Of a stretch of DNA of 64,000 nucleotides, positions 10,273 through 18,254 are shown one piece after another. Source of the DNA: Bacteriovoracia bacterium. Lineage in GTDB: Bacteria > Bdellovibrionota > Bacteriovoracia > Bacteriovoracales > Bacteriovoracaceae. The first letter of the stretch is position 1; the number at the start of each line of letters is the position of its first letter. Location: positions 64,001-128,000 of the forward strand of contig JBKHVI010000001.1 in the NCBI GenBank assembly GCA_046570105.1, given 5' to 3'. Both the position numbers and the translations under genes were made by a program. A model generated the notes under the pieces. That model saw only the letters and a list, made by a program, of their open reading frames with translations. It made no database searches and was not told the DNA's origin.

Positions 10273-11067
10273 ATGCGCGCACAAGACAGATCAAATCTCG
10301 TTAAGGTCGGCATCTTTGTTACATCCTTAACTATCGTGCTAGCGATCATGATTACCGCCATCGGGAAAGAGTCCTCGATGTTTAGTCCTAAGGCGATCAT
10401 CAAAGCGCGCGTAATCAACGCAGAAAATCTCAAAGTCGGCTCTACCGTTGAGCTAAGAGGTCTTCGTATCGGCCATGTGGAAGAAATTAGAATTGTGGGC
10501 TACCAGTCTGTAGAAATTCTCATCAATATCATCGCTGAAAACTTGCGCTGGATTCGTAAAGACAGCAAAGTCGCTATCAGCAATGCTGGTTTGGTGGGTG
10601 ACAAGTATCTTGAGATTCAGGGAGGCACTGAGGAAGGCGGAGACTTTAACCCCGAGTCTGATGTACTGCTGTCAGAGCCTAGCCTCGACTTCAAAGCTAT
10701 TGCCACTAAAGGTGGCAACATTGCAGACAAAGCAGATCGCGTCCTCGACAAATTAGAATTGATGTTAGTAGCGATAGATGCCAAGAAACTTGCCGTGACC
10801 GTCGATGGACTCGCTAAGACTGCCGACAATCTTGGAAAAGCTACTGGCCCTTTAGTTGCAACTTCTAAAAAGCTCGAAAGTGCTTCAGAGCGCTTTGATG
10901 CTGTCATGACTCGTGTGCAGAAAGGCCCCGGCACCGCTCACTCGCTCGTTTATGACGATGGTCTTTACGAAGATCTGCGCAAACTGATGGGCGGTGCTGA
11001 ACGCAACTCCATTATCAAGTACTTCATCCGCGAATCAATTAAGAAGGCCCCGCCCAAAGAAGACTAA
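10273..11067 (+). CDS. mlaD: MlaD/MCE-family protein
   Basis: N-terminal TM; MCE motifs LKVGSTVELRGLRIGHV and GLVGDKYLEI; helical tail. Confidence 0.92.
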   Translation: MRAQDRSNLVKVGIFVTSLTIVLAIMITAIGKESSMFSPKAIIKARVINAENLKVGSTVELRGLRIGHVEEIRIVGYQSVEILINIIAENLRWIRKDSKVAISNAGLVGDKYLEIQGGTEEGGDFNPESDVLLSEPSLDFKAIATKGGNIADKADRVLDKLELMLVAIDAKKLAVTVDGLAKTADNLGKATGPLVATSKKLESASERFDAVMTRVQKGPGTAHSLVYDDGLYEDLRKLMGGAERNSIIKYFIRESIKKAPPKED

Positions 11068-11088
11068 AAGGTGTCACTCACCTTTTGG
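11064..11088. repeat. REP-like palindrome CTAAAAGGTG-TCACT-CACCTTTTGG
   Basis: 24 nt (11066-11089) identical to 61455-61478 next to the RAYT gene; hairpin between convergent genes. Confidence 0.8.
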
Positions 11089-11097
11089 CGCAAGCAT

Positions 11098-11397
11098 CTA
11101 CTTATCAAGAAGAAACTTCAAATATCCAAGTGATATCGACATCGAAGTGAGCGTCATGGTGAGCATCATGGCCCCTAGCTTGAGAGTTAGTCGAGTTTCG
11201 AGGTGATTCATTTTTTCATCGATTAATCGGACGTGCTGGTCAAAACGATCGTTCCATCTATCATCGAGAGATTTGAAATCGTCCTTAGTCGCCAAATTTT
11301 GAATTGAGTCGGACATAAGATTCACCGTCTCCTCAGCTTGCTTTCGAGTAAAACCCACCATCTCAAGTCTCTTAGTATACTTCAAATCACTGTACAT
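11098..11397 (-). CDS. DUF1640/CCDC90-like coiled-coil membrane-anchored protein
   Basis: LKYTKRLE..GFTRKQAE...LATKDD...LETRLTLKLG plus C-terminal TM; SD AGGAGG. Confidence 0.8.
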   Translation of the reverse strand: MYSDLKYTKRLEMVGFTRKQAEETVNLMSDSIQNLATKDDFKSLDDRWNDRFDQHVRLIDEKMNHLETRLTLKLGAMMLTMTLTSMSISLGYLKFLLDK

Positions 11398-11425
11398 TTG
11401 TTACCTCCTGTTTTGGACAAGAGTG

Positions 11426-11441
11426 TGCAAGTGATTCGCCA
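11426..11441 (-). promoter_or_regulatory. Sigma-54 (-24/-12) promoter of the DUF1640 gene
   Basis: Minus-strand TGGCGAATCACTTGCA = GG-N10-GC, placed just upstream of the SD and ATG. Confidence 0.6.
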
Positions 11442-11523
11442 CTTTGCTTTTCATCTAACTTCGCAATTTAATTATTAGCTTCAGAGTATCGCGAGAAAAA
11501 AAGTCTCTCGTTAGAAGAAAAAA

Positions 11524-12204
11524 TTACTCGCCTCTTTCTTGTACTAACCCCGACGAACCGAGCCACTGAAAGAAGGCAGCAACGGCTTCTTGATCTTCGG
11601 GTGCATGTTCCAACGCAAGCCCGAGGCCAAAAGGTAGCGCCTTTAAAACATCTTCTTCCCAACGTGTGAGTCGACGAAAATGCAACCCCGACTCTTTCAT
11701 CCAAAAAAGGATTCTTTGCGAAGCATGGTCACCAATTTCTTGTGTTTGATAAAGCTCCATCACTGGATATGAAAATTCCTGGATATCTAACGGGGCCAAC
11801 ACTAACTTCGTTTCTTCATCCATAGAAGGCAATGGCAGCACTTTGAGTCGTTCATGCGTCCAAGGATGAATCTCCATCGCCCATTCAAAGCGCGCGAGCT
11901 CGCACGTTGCCAAATCCTTTTCATTGCCCATTATGAATTGCAAAAAAACTTCACCGAAAAAATCCAACGAGCGTGGTGAGTGAGGTTTAGATTCCCAGAA
12001 ACTTGTCCATAAACTCTCCCACTTCTCCCCCATATGAATCTTGGTTTGGGGAAAAGTCTCTTCAATGGCTTCTCTAATTTTTGATTGGTGCTGATAGCGA
12101 TAATGCTCAAGCGCAATCTGTGCACTGGCACTCTTGGCCCCGATTAAATCAAGCGTTGGGTTCTCGCCTTTCATCCCGAGTTTAAATTGCTCAAACCAAT
12201 TCAT
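11524..12204 (-). CDS. DUF2063-family MNIO partner / peptide-recognition protein (BufC/HvfC-like)
   Basis: LEHYR..IREAIEETFP, LDFFGEVF, ELARFEWA; ATGA-coupled to DUF692 gene. Confidence 0.85.
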   Translation of the reverse strand: MNWFEQFKLGMKGENPTLDLIGAKSASAQIALEHYRYQHQSKIREAIEETFPQTKIHMGEKWESLWTSFWESKPHSPRSLDFFGEVFLQFIMGNEKDLATCELARFEWAMEIHPWTHERLKVLPLPSMDEETKLVLAPLDIQEFSYPVMELYQTQEIGDHASQRILFWMKESGLHFRRLTRWEEDVLKALPFGLGLALEHAPEDQEAVAAFFQWLGSSGLVQERGE

Positions 12205-12995
12205 ACCGACCTCTGCAGTTTCAGTGCTTGATCAAGAATGGGTTTGACTTCATCGAAGTTGGGAATATCCGCATCCCACTCAATCATAAAGGGAATATCG
12301 TTTCTGCGCTTACAAGCCTCAGACCACAACTGCCAGGTTTTCTCATGAGGCGGCTTAGAATGGGTATCAATGACAAAATGCTCGCCTTCGCTGAAACCAG
12401 CTAAATGCACTTGGGCCACTTTAGTGAGATTAAGATGATTAAGCTCTTGAATGGGATCAATACCAAAGTTAATGGCATTGACGATCATATTATTCACATC
12501 GAGTAGAATCTGGCAGTCAGTGCGCCGACAGAGTTCTGCTAGAAATACATATTCAGTCATTTCATTTTTATTTGTTGTTATATAAGCGGAAAGATTCTCT
12601 AAGATAAGCGGACGCTTGAGTGTGTCCTGCCACTTGAGAACCTTCTTAGTAATTAATTTGAGATTTTCTTCTGTATAGGGAAACGGCAATAGGTCATGCC
12701 AATGATGACCGCCAAGAGAGGACCAGCAGAGATGATCCGAAATACGTTCTGGTTGAAATTCATCTGCAAAAACTTTGAGTTCTTGCAGATATTTTTTGTC
12801 ATGTTCTTCAGGTGCTGCCAGTGAGAGCGAAACTCCGTGAAATGAGAGCTCGTAATTCTCGCGCAGCTTACGCAGTGTTTGGCGACGAGTGCCTTTATCC
12901 CAAAGATAATTTTCGGTGATAATCTCAAGCCACCCGATCTCCGCGTGGCCTTCAATTAAGGCATCAAAAAATGGGGCCCGGAAACCGAGCCCCAT
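12201..12995 (-). CDS. DUF692 multinuclear non-heme iron-dependent oxidase (MNIO; BufB/HvfB/ChrH-like)
   Basis: MGLGFR, WLEIITENY, HGVSLSL, SDHLCW, DLLPFP, LENLSAY, LLDVNN, HLAG, IDTH, IEWD; real start is ATG 12995, 7 nt after the precursor stop. Confidence 0.93.
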   Translation of the reverse strand: MGLGFRAPFFDALIEGHAEIGWLEIITENYLWDKGTRRQTLRKLRENYELSFHGVSLSLAAPEEHDKKYLQELKVFADEFQPERISDHLCWSSLGGHHWHDLLPFPYTEENLKLITKKVLKWQDTLKRPLILENLSAYITTNKNEMTEYVFLAELCRRTDCQILLDVNNMIVNAINFGIDPIQELNHLNLTKVAQVHLAGFSEGEHFVIDTHSKPPHEKTWQLWSEACKRRNDIPFMIEWDADIPNFDEVKPILDQALKLQRSV

Positions 12996-13002
12996 GGTTT
13001 TA

Positions 13003-13263
13003 CTAGCCGCAGCCATTAGCGCCGCAACCGTTCTTTTCTTCTTTACCGTCTTTCTTCTTACCTTCAGCAGTTTTGCAAGCATTCTTGCCGTCTTTTGACT
13101 TGCACGAGTGCTTACCATCTTTTGATTTGCAAGAGTTCTTGCCTTGGCAACCAGCTTTCCCTTCTTCTGTTTTCTTTTCGTCATGGTTATGTGCCAAAGC
13201 ACCCTGACTTCCCAAAAGCATTCCCGCAACTGCCACTGACATTAACAACTTTGAATTTTTCAT
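13003..13263 (-). CDS. Secreted Cys/Lys-rich RiPP precursor peptide for the MNIO
   Basis: Sec signal ending GALA; core with 6 Cys in K[NH][SA]CK repeats and C-terminal NGCGANGCG; SD GGAGG; directly upstream of DUF692. Confidence 0.85.
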   Translation of the reverse strand: MKNSKLLMSVAVAGMLLGSQGALAHNHDEKKTEEGKAGCQGKNSCKSKDGKHSCKSKDGKNACKTAEGKKKDGKEEKNGCGANGCG

Positions 13264-13310
13264 ATATATGCCCCTCCAGGCTTTGAGTCTTCTGACTCAA
13301 TGGTTTTCAG

Positions 13311-13338
13311 TTGATGTTTCTCGTGCTCAAATTGTGAC
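13311..13338 (-). promoter_or_regulatory. Candidate ECF-sigma promoter for the precursor operon
   Basis: Minus-strand GTCACA-N16-CATCAA in the 75-bp divergent intergenic region. Confidence 0.35.
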
Positions 13339-13932
13339 ATGAAATTCATTGAAGACAGCACATTTCGCCAGGCCTTCCTCAACTCAGAGCCACAAGCAGT
13401 AAACGCCTTTGTTGAGCACTTTGTGACAGTCCTCAATAAAATAGGTTTCGCCCAGGGGCTAAGTCGTGAAGAAGCCGAGGATGCTGTACAAGAATGTTTC
13501 AGTGTGTTTTTTCGCAAGCTGCCAGAAATACACGACAACGTAAAACTCTCCACTTTCCTCTTTGGCATCCATCTCAATAGTGTACGTGAGGCCCGTCGTC
13601 GCAGAGGCAAAGTAGAGTCTCATGGTGATCTCGCGGCCATTGAGCATCTCGTCTCTCAGCAATACGATGAAAAAGGACACTGGAAAACTGGAGTAGCACC
13701 TAAGCCTATTGATAAAGTGCTCGAAGACGAGGCCAATGCCAAACTGCAAGATTGTATCAAGGGACTTCCTGATAAGCACAAAGAAGCCATCTTTCTCACT
13801 TTAAGCGAAGACAGCGACGGCAAAGATCTCTGTCACATATTGGGTGTGAGTTACGCTAACTTTAGACAGCTCCTCACTCGCGCCCGACATGCTCTGCGCT
13901 TGTGCCTGGAAAATTATGTGGGAGAAGCGTAA
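13339..13932 (+). CDS. ECF RNA polymerase sigma factor
   Basis: AEDAVQECF (region 2), YDEKGHW, region 4 LCHILGVSYAN..LLTRARHALRLCLE. Confidence 0.92.
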   Translation: MKFIEDSTFRQAFLNSEPQAVNAFVEHFVTVLNKIGFAQGLSREEAEDAVQECFSVFFRKLPEIHDNVKLSTFLFGIHLNSVREARRRRGKVESHGDLAAIEHLVSQQYDEKGHWKTGVAPKPIDKVLEDEANAKLQDCIKGLPDKHKEAIFLTLSEDSDGKDLCHILGVSYANFRQLLTRARHALRLCLENYVGEA

Positions 13933-14162
13933 TGCTCACTTGCCGCCAAGTACCCGATGCGCTCGAGAAAGAACCTAAGACTCTCAAAGACAGAGTTCAA
14001 TTACGTTTTCATTTATTCATCTGTGCGCGCTGCCGTGCCCTTGAAGCGCAATATAAGGCTCTCTCCAGTGGTCTTAAACGTCTCATCGACACCGCACCAC
14101 CGGCCAATCCCGAATTGGTTAAAAAAGTGCTGGAAGATTTTAAAAATCAAAAGAAAGACTGA
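13932..14162 (+). CDS. Zinc-finger (zf-HC2) anti-sigma factor, soluble
   Basis: MLTCRQV...HLFICARC (HxxxCxxC); TAATG coupling to the sigma gene. Confidence 0.85.
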   Translation: MLTCRQVPDALEKEPKTLKDRVQLRFHLFICARCRALEAQYKALSSGLKRLIDTAPPANPELVKKVLEDFKNQKKD

Positions 14163-14171
14163 TTTCAAGGC

Positions 14172-14211
14172 GTTGCGAATATTTCGATTAAACGCAACCC
14201 TGTGCTATAAT
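14172..14211 (+). promoter_or_regulatory. TA promoter/operator: GTTGCG..CGCAAC dyad plus extended -10 TGcTATAAT
   Basis: Inverted repeat at 14172-14177/14193-14198; TATAAT at 14206-14211, 6 nt before the ATG. Confidence 0.55.
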
Positions 14212-14217
14212 CAATTC

Positions 14218-14589
14218 ATGTCAAAAAAGAAAAAATCCTCCAACTCCACATCCATTCCTCGCCAAGATCGTCTTGCATTGTTAGAAGCCCGCGTGAAAGC
14301 GATGACTAAAGAAATGCAAGCAATGCGGGAGAGAATGATGGAGATTGAACAACAGGCAAGTCTTGGTCACAACGTGATGCTGACCACCCAAGAAGCTGCT
14401 GAATATATCGGTAGCTCAAGACCTTATGTGATAAAGCTCATCGAGGAAGGCAAACTTCCTTGTGAAATGGTGGGCACGCATCGTCGCATAAGTATCGAGG
14501 CGCTTAATCGCTACAAAGAAGAGCGACGCGAACACAGGACAAAGGGTCTACTTGAATTACAAAAATTAGAGCAAGAACTCGGTATTTAG
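14218..14589 (+). CDS. Excisionase-like (HTH_17) DNA-binding antitoxin
   Basis: LTTQEAAEYIGSSRPYVIKLIEEGKLP..VGTHRRI; start moved to ATG 14218. Confidence 0.85.
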   Translation: MSKKKKSSNSTSIPRQDRLALLEARVKAMTKEMQAMRERMMEIEQQASLGHNVMLTTQEAAEYIGSSRPYVIKLIEEGKLPCEMVGTHRRISIEALNRYKEERREHRTKGLLELQKLEQELGI

Positions 14590-14590
14590 T

Positions 14591-15148
14591 ATGAATAATC
14601 TAAAAGCGGTTATTGATACCAACGTGCTCTATAGCTCGATGGCGCGAGACATTCTGCTGTGGCTAGCAACCTATGACTTATTTCAACCCGTATGGTCTGA
14701 AAAAATTCTGCAAGAGCTCTACTTTGCGCTCAAAAAACTACCTAAAACTGAGCGCGTAAAACTCATCACTCGTCTTAAAGAAGTTTTTCCAGATGCTTTG
14801 ATCGAACAACTTCCAGAGACTGGCACAATCCACCTCCCCGACGAAGATGATCTTCATATCGTGGCCTGCGCGCTTGCCAGTAATGCAGCTACTATTATCA
14901 CTTTTAATCTCAAAGACTTTCCGGCGGATGAACTGGCACCTATTAAAGCCATTTCTCCAGATGATTTTTGTCTCAATTTACTTGAACAGAATGACTTGAT
15001 GGGCATCAAGGCGATAACTATCCACTGGAGAGGTTATCAAAATCCAAAAATTTCTTGGGAAGAATATACCGCGCGCTTGAATCGCGCGCGGTTACATAAA
15101 CTTAGTCGTAAATTGAAAAAACTAGACCTCAGTTCCGCCGGTCTCTAG
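14591..15148 (+). CDS. PIN-domain (PIN_3/VapC50-like) toxin
   Basis: VIDTNVLY, WSEKILQE, PDEDDLHIVACA, IITFNLKDFP, SPDDF. Confidence 0.9.
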   Translation: MNNLKAVIDTNVLYSSMARDILLWLATYDLFQPVWSEKILQELYFALKKLPKTERVKLITRLKEVFPDALIEQLPETGTIHLPDEDDLHIVACALASNAATIITFNLKDFPADELAPIKAISPDDFCLNLLEQNDLMGIKAITIHWRGYQNPKISWEEYTARLNRARLHKLSRKLKKLDLSSAGL

Positions 15149-16648
15149 GCCCTTCTTTTTCATCTTTTCAATCAACGTTGTGCGATTGAGAGAAAGAAGC
15201 TTCGAGGCCTGATTCTTGTTTCCACCAGTGCGAGAAAGCGCCTGAAGGATAAGAGAATCTTCGATATCAGAAAGAATCGTCTTGAGATCAACACCCTGCT
15301 GAGGAAGCTCAAAGATCGTTTTGTATTGGCTCGAGACCAATGGATTGGTGCGATAGATTTTTGATGGAAGATCCTCTGGAAGAATCTCATTCCCACCACG
15401 CAAGATCACCAAGCGCTCAATCACATTCTCAAGCTCACGAACGTTTCCTGGCCACTCATAGCTCATTAACAAATCCATCGCTTCATGGCTGAAGCTGATT
15501 TCATTTGAACGGTCAGCTGAAGTAAAGCGATCGAGGAAGTAGCTAATTAAAAGTGGGATATCTTCACGGCGCTCTTTCAAGGCCGGAAGTTTCACTGGAA
15601 TAACATTTAAGCGATAGAACAAGTCTTCGCGGAACTTACCATCTTTCACTTGAGCATCAAGATCACGGTGAGTGGCAGCTACTAAGCGCACATCCACATC
15701 AATGGCTTCACTTGAACCGACCGGCTCAATCTGTCTGAGCTGCAATACACGCAAGAGTTTCACTTGTAAGAGCAAAGGCATGTCACCAATCTCATCTAAG
15801 AAAAGTGTTCCTTGATGAGCGAGTTCAAAGCGGCCTTTGCGATTTGAAATGGCTCCTGTGAATGAACCTTTGATGTGGCCGAAGAGCTCACTTTCTAAAA
15901 GTTCACCTGGAATCGCTCCACAGTTTACTGACACACGAGGAAACTCAGTGCGAGTCGAGAGCTTATGAATAGCGTTCGCCACCAACTCTTTGCCGGTTCC
16001 AGATGGGCCAGTGATCAAAACAGTTGAATCAGACTTAGCGACTTTCTTAATGCGCTCAAAAACTTCTTTCATCGCTTGAGAGCGGCCAACCATGCCGTAG
16101 AACATATCTTCAGCGATAGGACGCTCAAGCGTGAGCTTTGGCATTAATGGACGGGCAGCGCGAGTTCCACGGTTAGGTGACTCATCGGCGACAGAATTAA
16201 CTACGCCACCCAATTCAATCGAGAGACGTTCGCGAAATCCATTGAAGACGAGTTGTTTTAAAACATCGAGCTCGAAAGGTTTAGTGAGGTAATGGAAGGC
16301 TCCGCGCTTAGTCGCTGCGATAGCTGTCTCAATGCTGGCAAAGCCCGTCATGACCACTGAAGCGAAGGTAAAGCCCTTCTCTTTCAAGATATCAATCAAG
16401 AGCAGGCCATCCGAGCCTTGGCCTAATGAAATATCGGCCAAGAGAAAGAAGGGGGCCTTGGGATCATGATTCTTGGTGAACTCTACCAAGCAATCCTCTG
16501 ATGAGGTGTAGAGCAAAACCTGGAGCCCAAAAGTTCTTTCCAGATACTTCTTAAGCGTCAGTCCCAAGAGGTTATCGTCTTCGACAATAACCAGTGGTGC
16601 TGATGAGGTTTGAGTGAAGGAACGCTGCAGGAAATTAAGATCGTCCAT
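15122..16648 (-). CDS. Sigma-54-dependent response regulator (NtrC/FleQ-like)
   Basis: Receiver domain, GPSGTGKE, ESELFGH.KGSFTGA, LFLDEIGD, WPGNVRELEN, Fis HTH; start ATG 16648 with GGAGGA. Confidence 0.95.
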   Translation of the reverse strand: MDDLNFLQRSFTQTSSAPLVIVEDDNLLGLTLKKYLERTFGLQVLLYTSSEDCLVEFTKNHDPKAPFFLLADISLGQGSDGLLLIDILKEKGFTFASVVMTGFASIETAIAATKRGAFHYLTKPFELDVLKQLVFNGFRERLSIELGGVVNSVADESPNRGTRAARPLMPKLTLERPIAEDMFYGMVGRSQAMKEVFERIKKVAKSDSTVLITGPSGTGKELVANAIHKLSTRTEFPRVSVNCGAIPGELLESELFGHIKGSFTGAISNRKGRFELAHQGTLFLDEIGDMPLLLQVKLLRVLQLRQIEPVGSSEAIDVDVRLVAATHRDLDAQVKDGKFREDLFYRLNVIPVKLPALKERREDIPLLISYFLDRFTSADRSNEISFSHEAMDLLMSYEWPGNVRELENVIERLVILRGGNEILPEDLPSKIYRTNPLVSSQYKTIFELPQQGVDLKTILSDIEDSLILQALSRTGGNKNQASKLLSLNRTTLIEKMKKKGLETGGTEV

Positions 16649-16720
16649 AGATCCTCCTGCCAATATGCTAACGAATCCTGAGAGATTGTGTCAATTTTCA
16701 GACACCGCGCTAAGTACTTA

Positions 16721-16954
16721 TTATAATTCAACACTTCTTTGCCATTTCATGAACTTTCTTACCGCCTTGTCAGGCCCACCGGCGTAATAGTACCAGCCGA
16801 GCGCCAACATCGGCAGAATCATGATGATGAGGCAGGCGCGGGTCGATTTCTTCTTTTTTCTGAGCCAAAAAATATAAGCAAATTCACCCGCAATAATGAT
16901 GAGGGGAATGGCCCAAAAAGGCGTATGGCGAATCATGAAATAAAATTCAGTCAT
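16721..16954 (-). CDS. Small two-TM membrane protein
   Basis: Two hydrophobic helices joined by a basic RKKKK loop. Confidence 0.6.
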   Translation of the reverse strand: MTEFYFMIRHTPFWAIPLIIIAGEFAYIFWLRKKKKSTRACLIIMILPMLALGWYYYAGGPDKAVRKFMKWQRSVEL

Positions 16955-16980
16955 AAAAAAAAGGGGCCCAAAAGGGCCCC
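16955..16980 (-). terminator. Intrinsic terminator after metK
   Basis: GGGGCCC-TTTT-GGGCCCC followed by T8 on the minus strand. Confidence 0.85.
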
Positions 16981-17005
16981 TCTCATAAGTGCTCTTACTT
17001 ATATT

Positions 17006-18172
17006 CTAGAAGAAAGCTTTCAACTTCTCCACCATGTCGGTTTGTTCCCATGTGAACTCGCCTGGCTTACCGGTCCGGCCAAAGTGTCCGTAGGCCGCAG
17101 TAGAAGAGTAAATTGGGCGCATGAGATCGAGGCGCTGAATGAGGGCCTTCGGACGCATATCAAAGAGTTCGTTGATGGCAGCTTGAAGCTTCATCTCATC
17201 AACTTTTGCAGTCCCGAAAGTGTCGATCAATAGGCTCATCGGTTTTGCTACACCGATAGCGTAAGCGACTTGAACCAAGGCTTTATCGGCCAATCCTGCA
17301 GCCACTACGTTCTTAGCAATGTGGCGAGCAGCATAAGCGGCTGAGCGGTCAACTTTAGAAGGATCTTTCCCTGAGAAAGCACCGCCGCCGTGAGCGCCGT
17401 GACCACCGTAGGTATCAACGATAATTTTGCGACCCGTGAGACCGCAATCTCCCATTGGTCCACCAATAACAAAGCGACCCGTTGGATTAATGAAATATTT
17501 TGTGTCTTTATCAACGAGGTGTTGAGGAACAATCTTCTTGATGACTTCTTCCATCACGCCTTCTTGAACTTGTTTCAACGTCATGCCTTCAGCATGTTGA
17601 GTAGAAACAACGATCGCATCAAGACGCTTCAATTTGCCGTCGACATATTGAGCTGTCACTTGAGTTTTTCCGTCAGCACGAAGGTCTTTCAAAGTGCCAT
17701 TCTTACGAACGTCAGTGAGACGCTTGGCAAGTTGGTGAGAAAGATCGATCGTCACTGGCATGAGGCTTGAAGTTTCATTAATAGCGTAACCAAACATAAG
17801 ACCTTGGTCACCAGCACCTTGATCGAGGTACGTGCCTTCGCCTTCGTTCACACCCATAGCAATATCTTGTGATTGTTTGCCAAGAGCTACAGTCACACCG
17901 CAGGTATTGCAGTCGAAACCTTTATCTGAGTGGTCGTAACCGATTTCTTTAATCTTGTTGCGAACAACATCTTGGATATTAATGTTGGCATTTGTTGTCA
18001 CTTCACCGGCAACAACAACGAGGCCCGTTGTAATCAAGGTTTCACAAGCTACGCGTGATTTAGCATCTTGAGCTAACATGGCATCCAAAATAGCGTCCGA
18101 AATCTGATCGGCCATTTTGTCTGGGTGACCTTCTGTGACTGACTCAGAAGTGAACATATAGTTTTTCAACAT
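17006..18172 (-). CDS. metK: S-adenosylmethionine synthetase
   Basis: [35 protein letters not shown]. Confidence 0.99.
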   Translation of the reverse strand: MLKNYMFTSESVTEGHPDKMADQISDAILDAMLAQDAKSRVACETLITTGLVVVAGEVTTNANINIQDVVRNKIKEIGYDHSDKGFDCNTCGVTVALGKQSQDIAMGVNEGEGTYLDQGAGDQGLMFGYAINETSSLMPVTIDLSHQLAKRLTDVRKNGTLKDLRADGKTQVTAQYVDGKLKRLDAIVVSTQHAEGMTLKQVQEGVMEEVIKKIVPQHLVDKDTKYFINPTGRFVIGGPMGDCGLTGRKIIVDTYGGHGAHGGGAFSGKDPSKVDRSAAYAARHIAKNVVAAGLADKALVQVAYAIGVAKPMSLLIDTFGTAKVDEMKLQAAINELFDMRPKALIQRLDLMRPIYSSTAAYGHFGRTGKPGEFTWEQTDMVEKLKAFF

Positions 18173-18254
18173 ACGGGTGCTCCTCGCGCGGGTCTAAACA
18201 ATTAATAGACTAGGGCGCGTTATACACCTGAATTCTGTGCTTTCGCAAAGGATT

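Noticed and set aside
12996..13229. N-terminal extension of the DUF692 ORF in the ORF track
   Set aside because: It is an alternative frame of the precursor gene; family homology starts at MGLGFR (12995).
13957..14217. N-terminal extension of the HTH antitoxin ORF
   Set aside because: It overlaps the anti-sigma gene and the TA promoter; ATG 14218 is the plausible start.
18173..18254. SAM riboswitch upstream of metK
   Set aside because: Only a short hairpin after a sigma-70-like promoter; no SAM-I, SAM-II or SAM-SAH consensus recognised.
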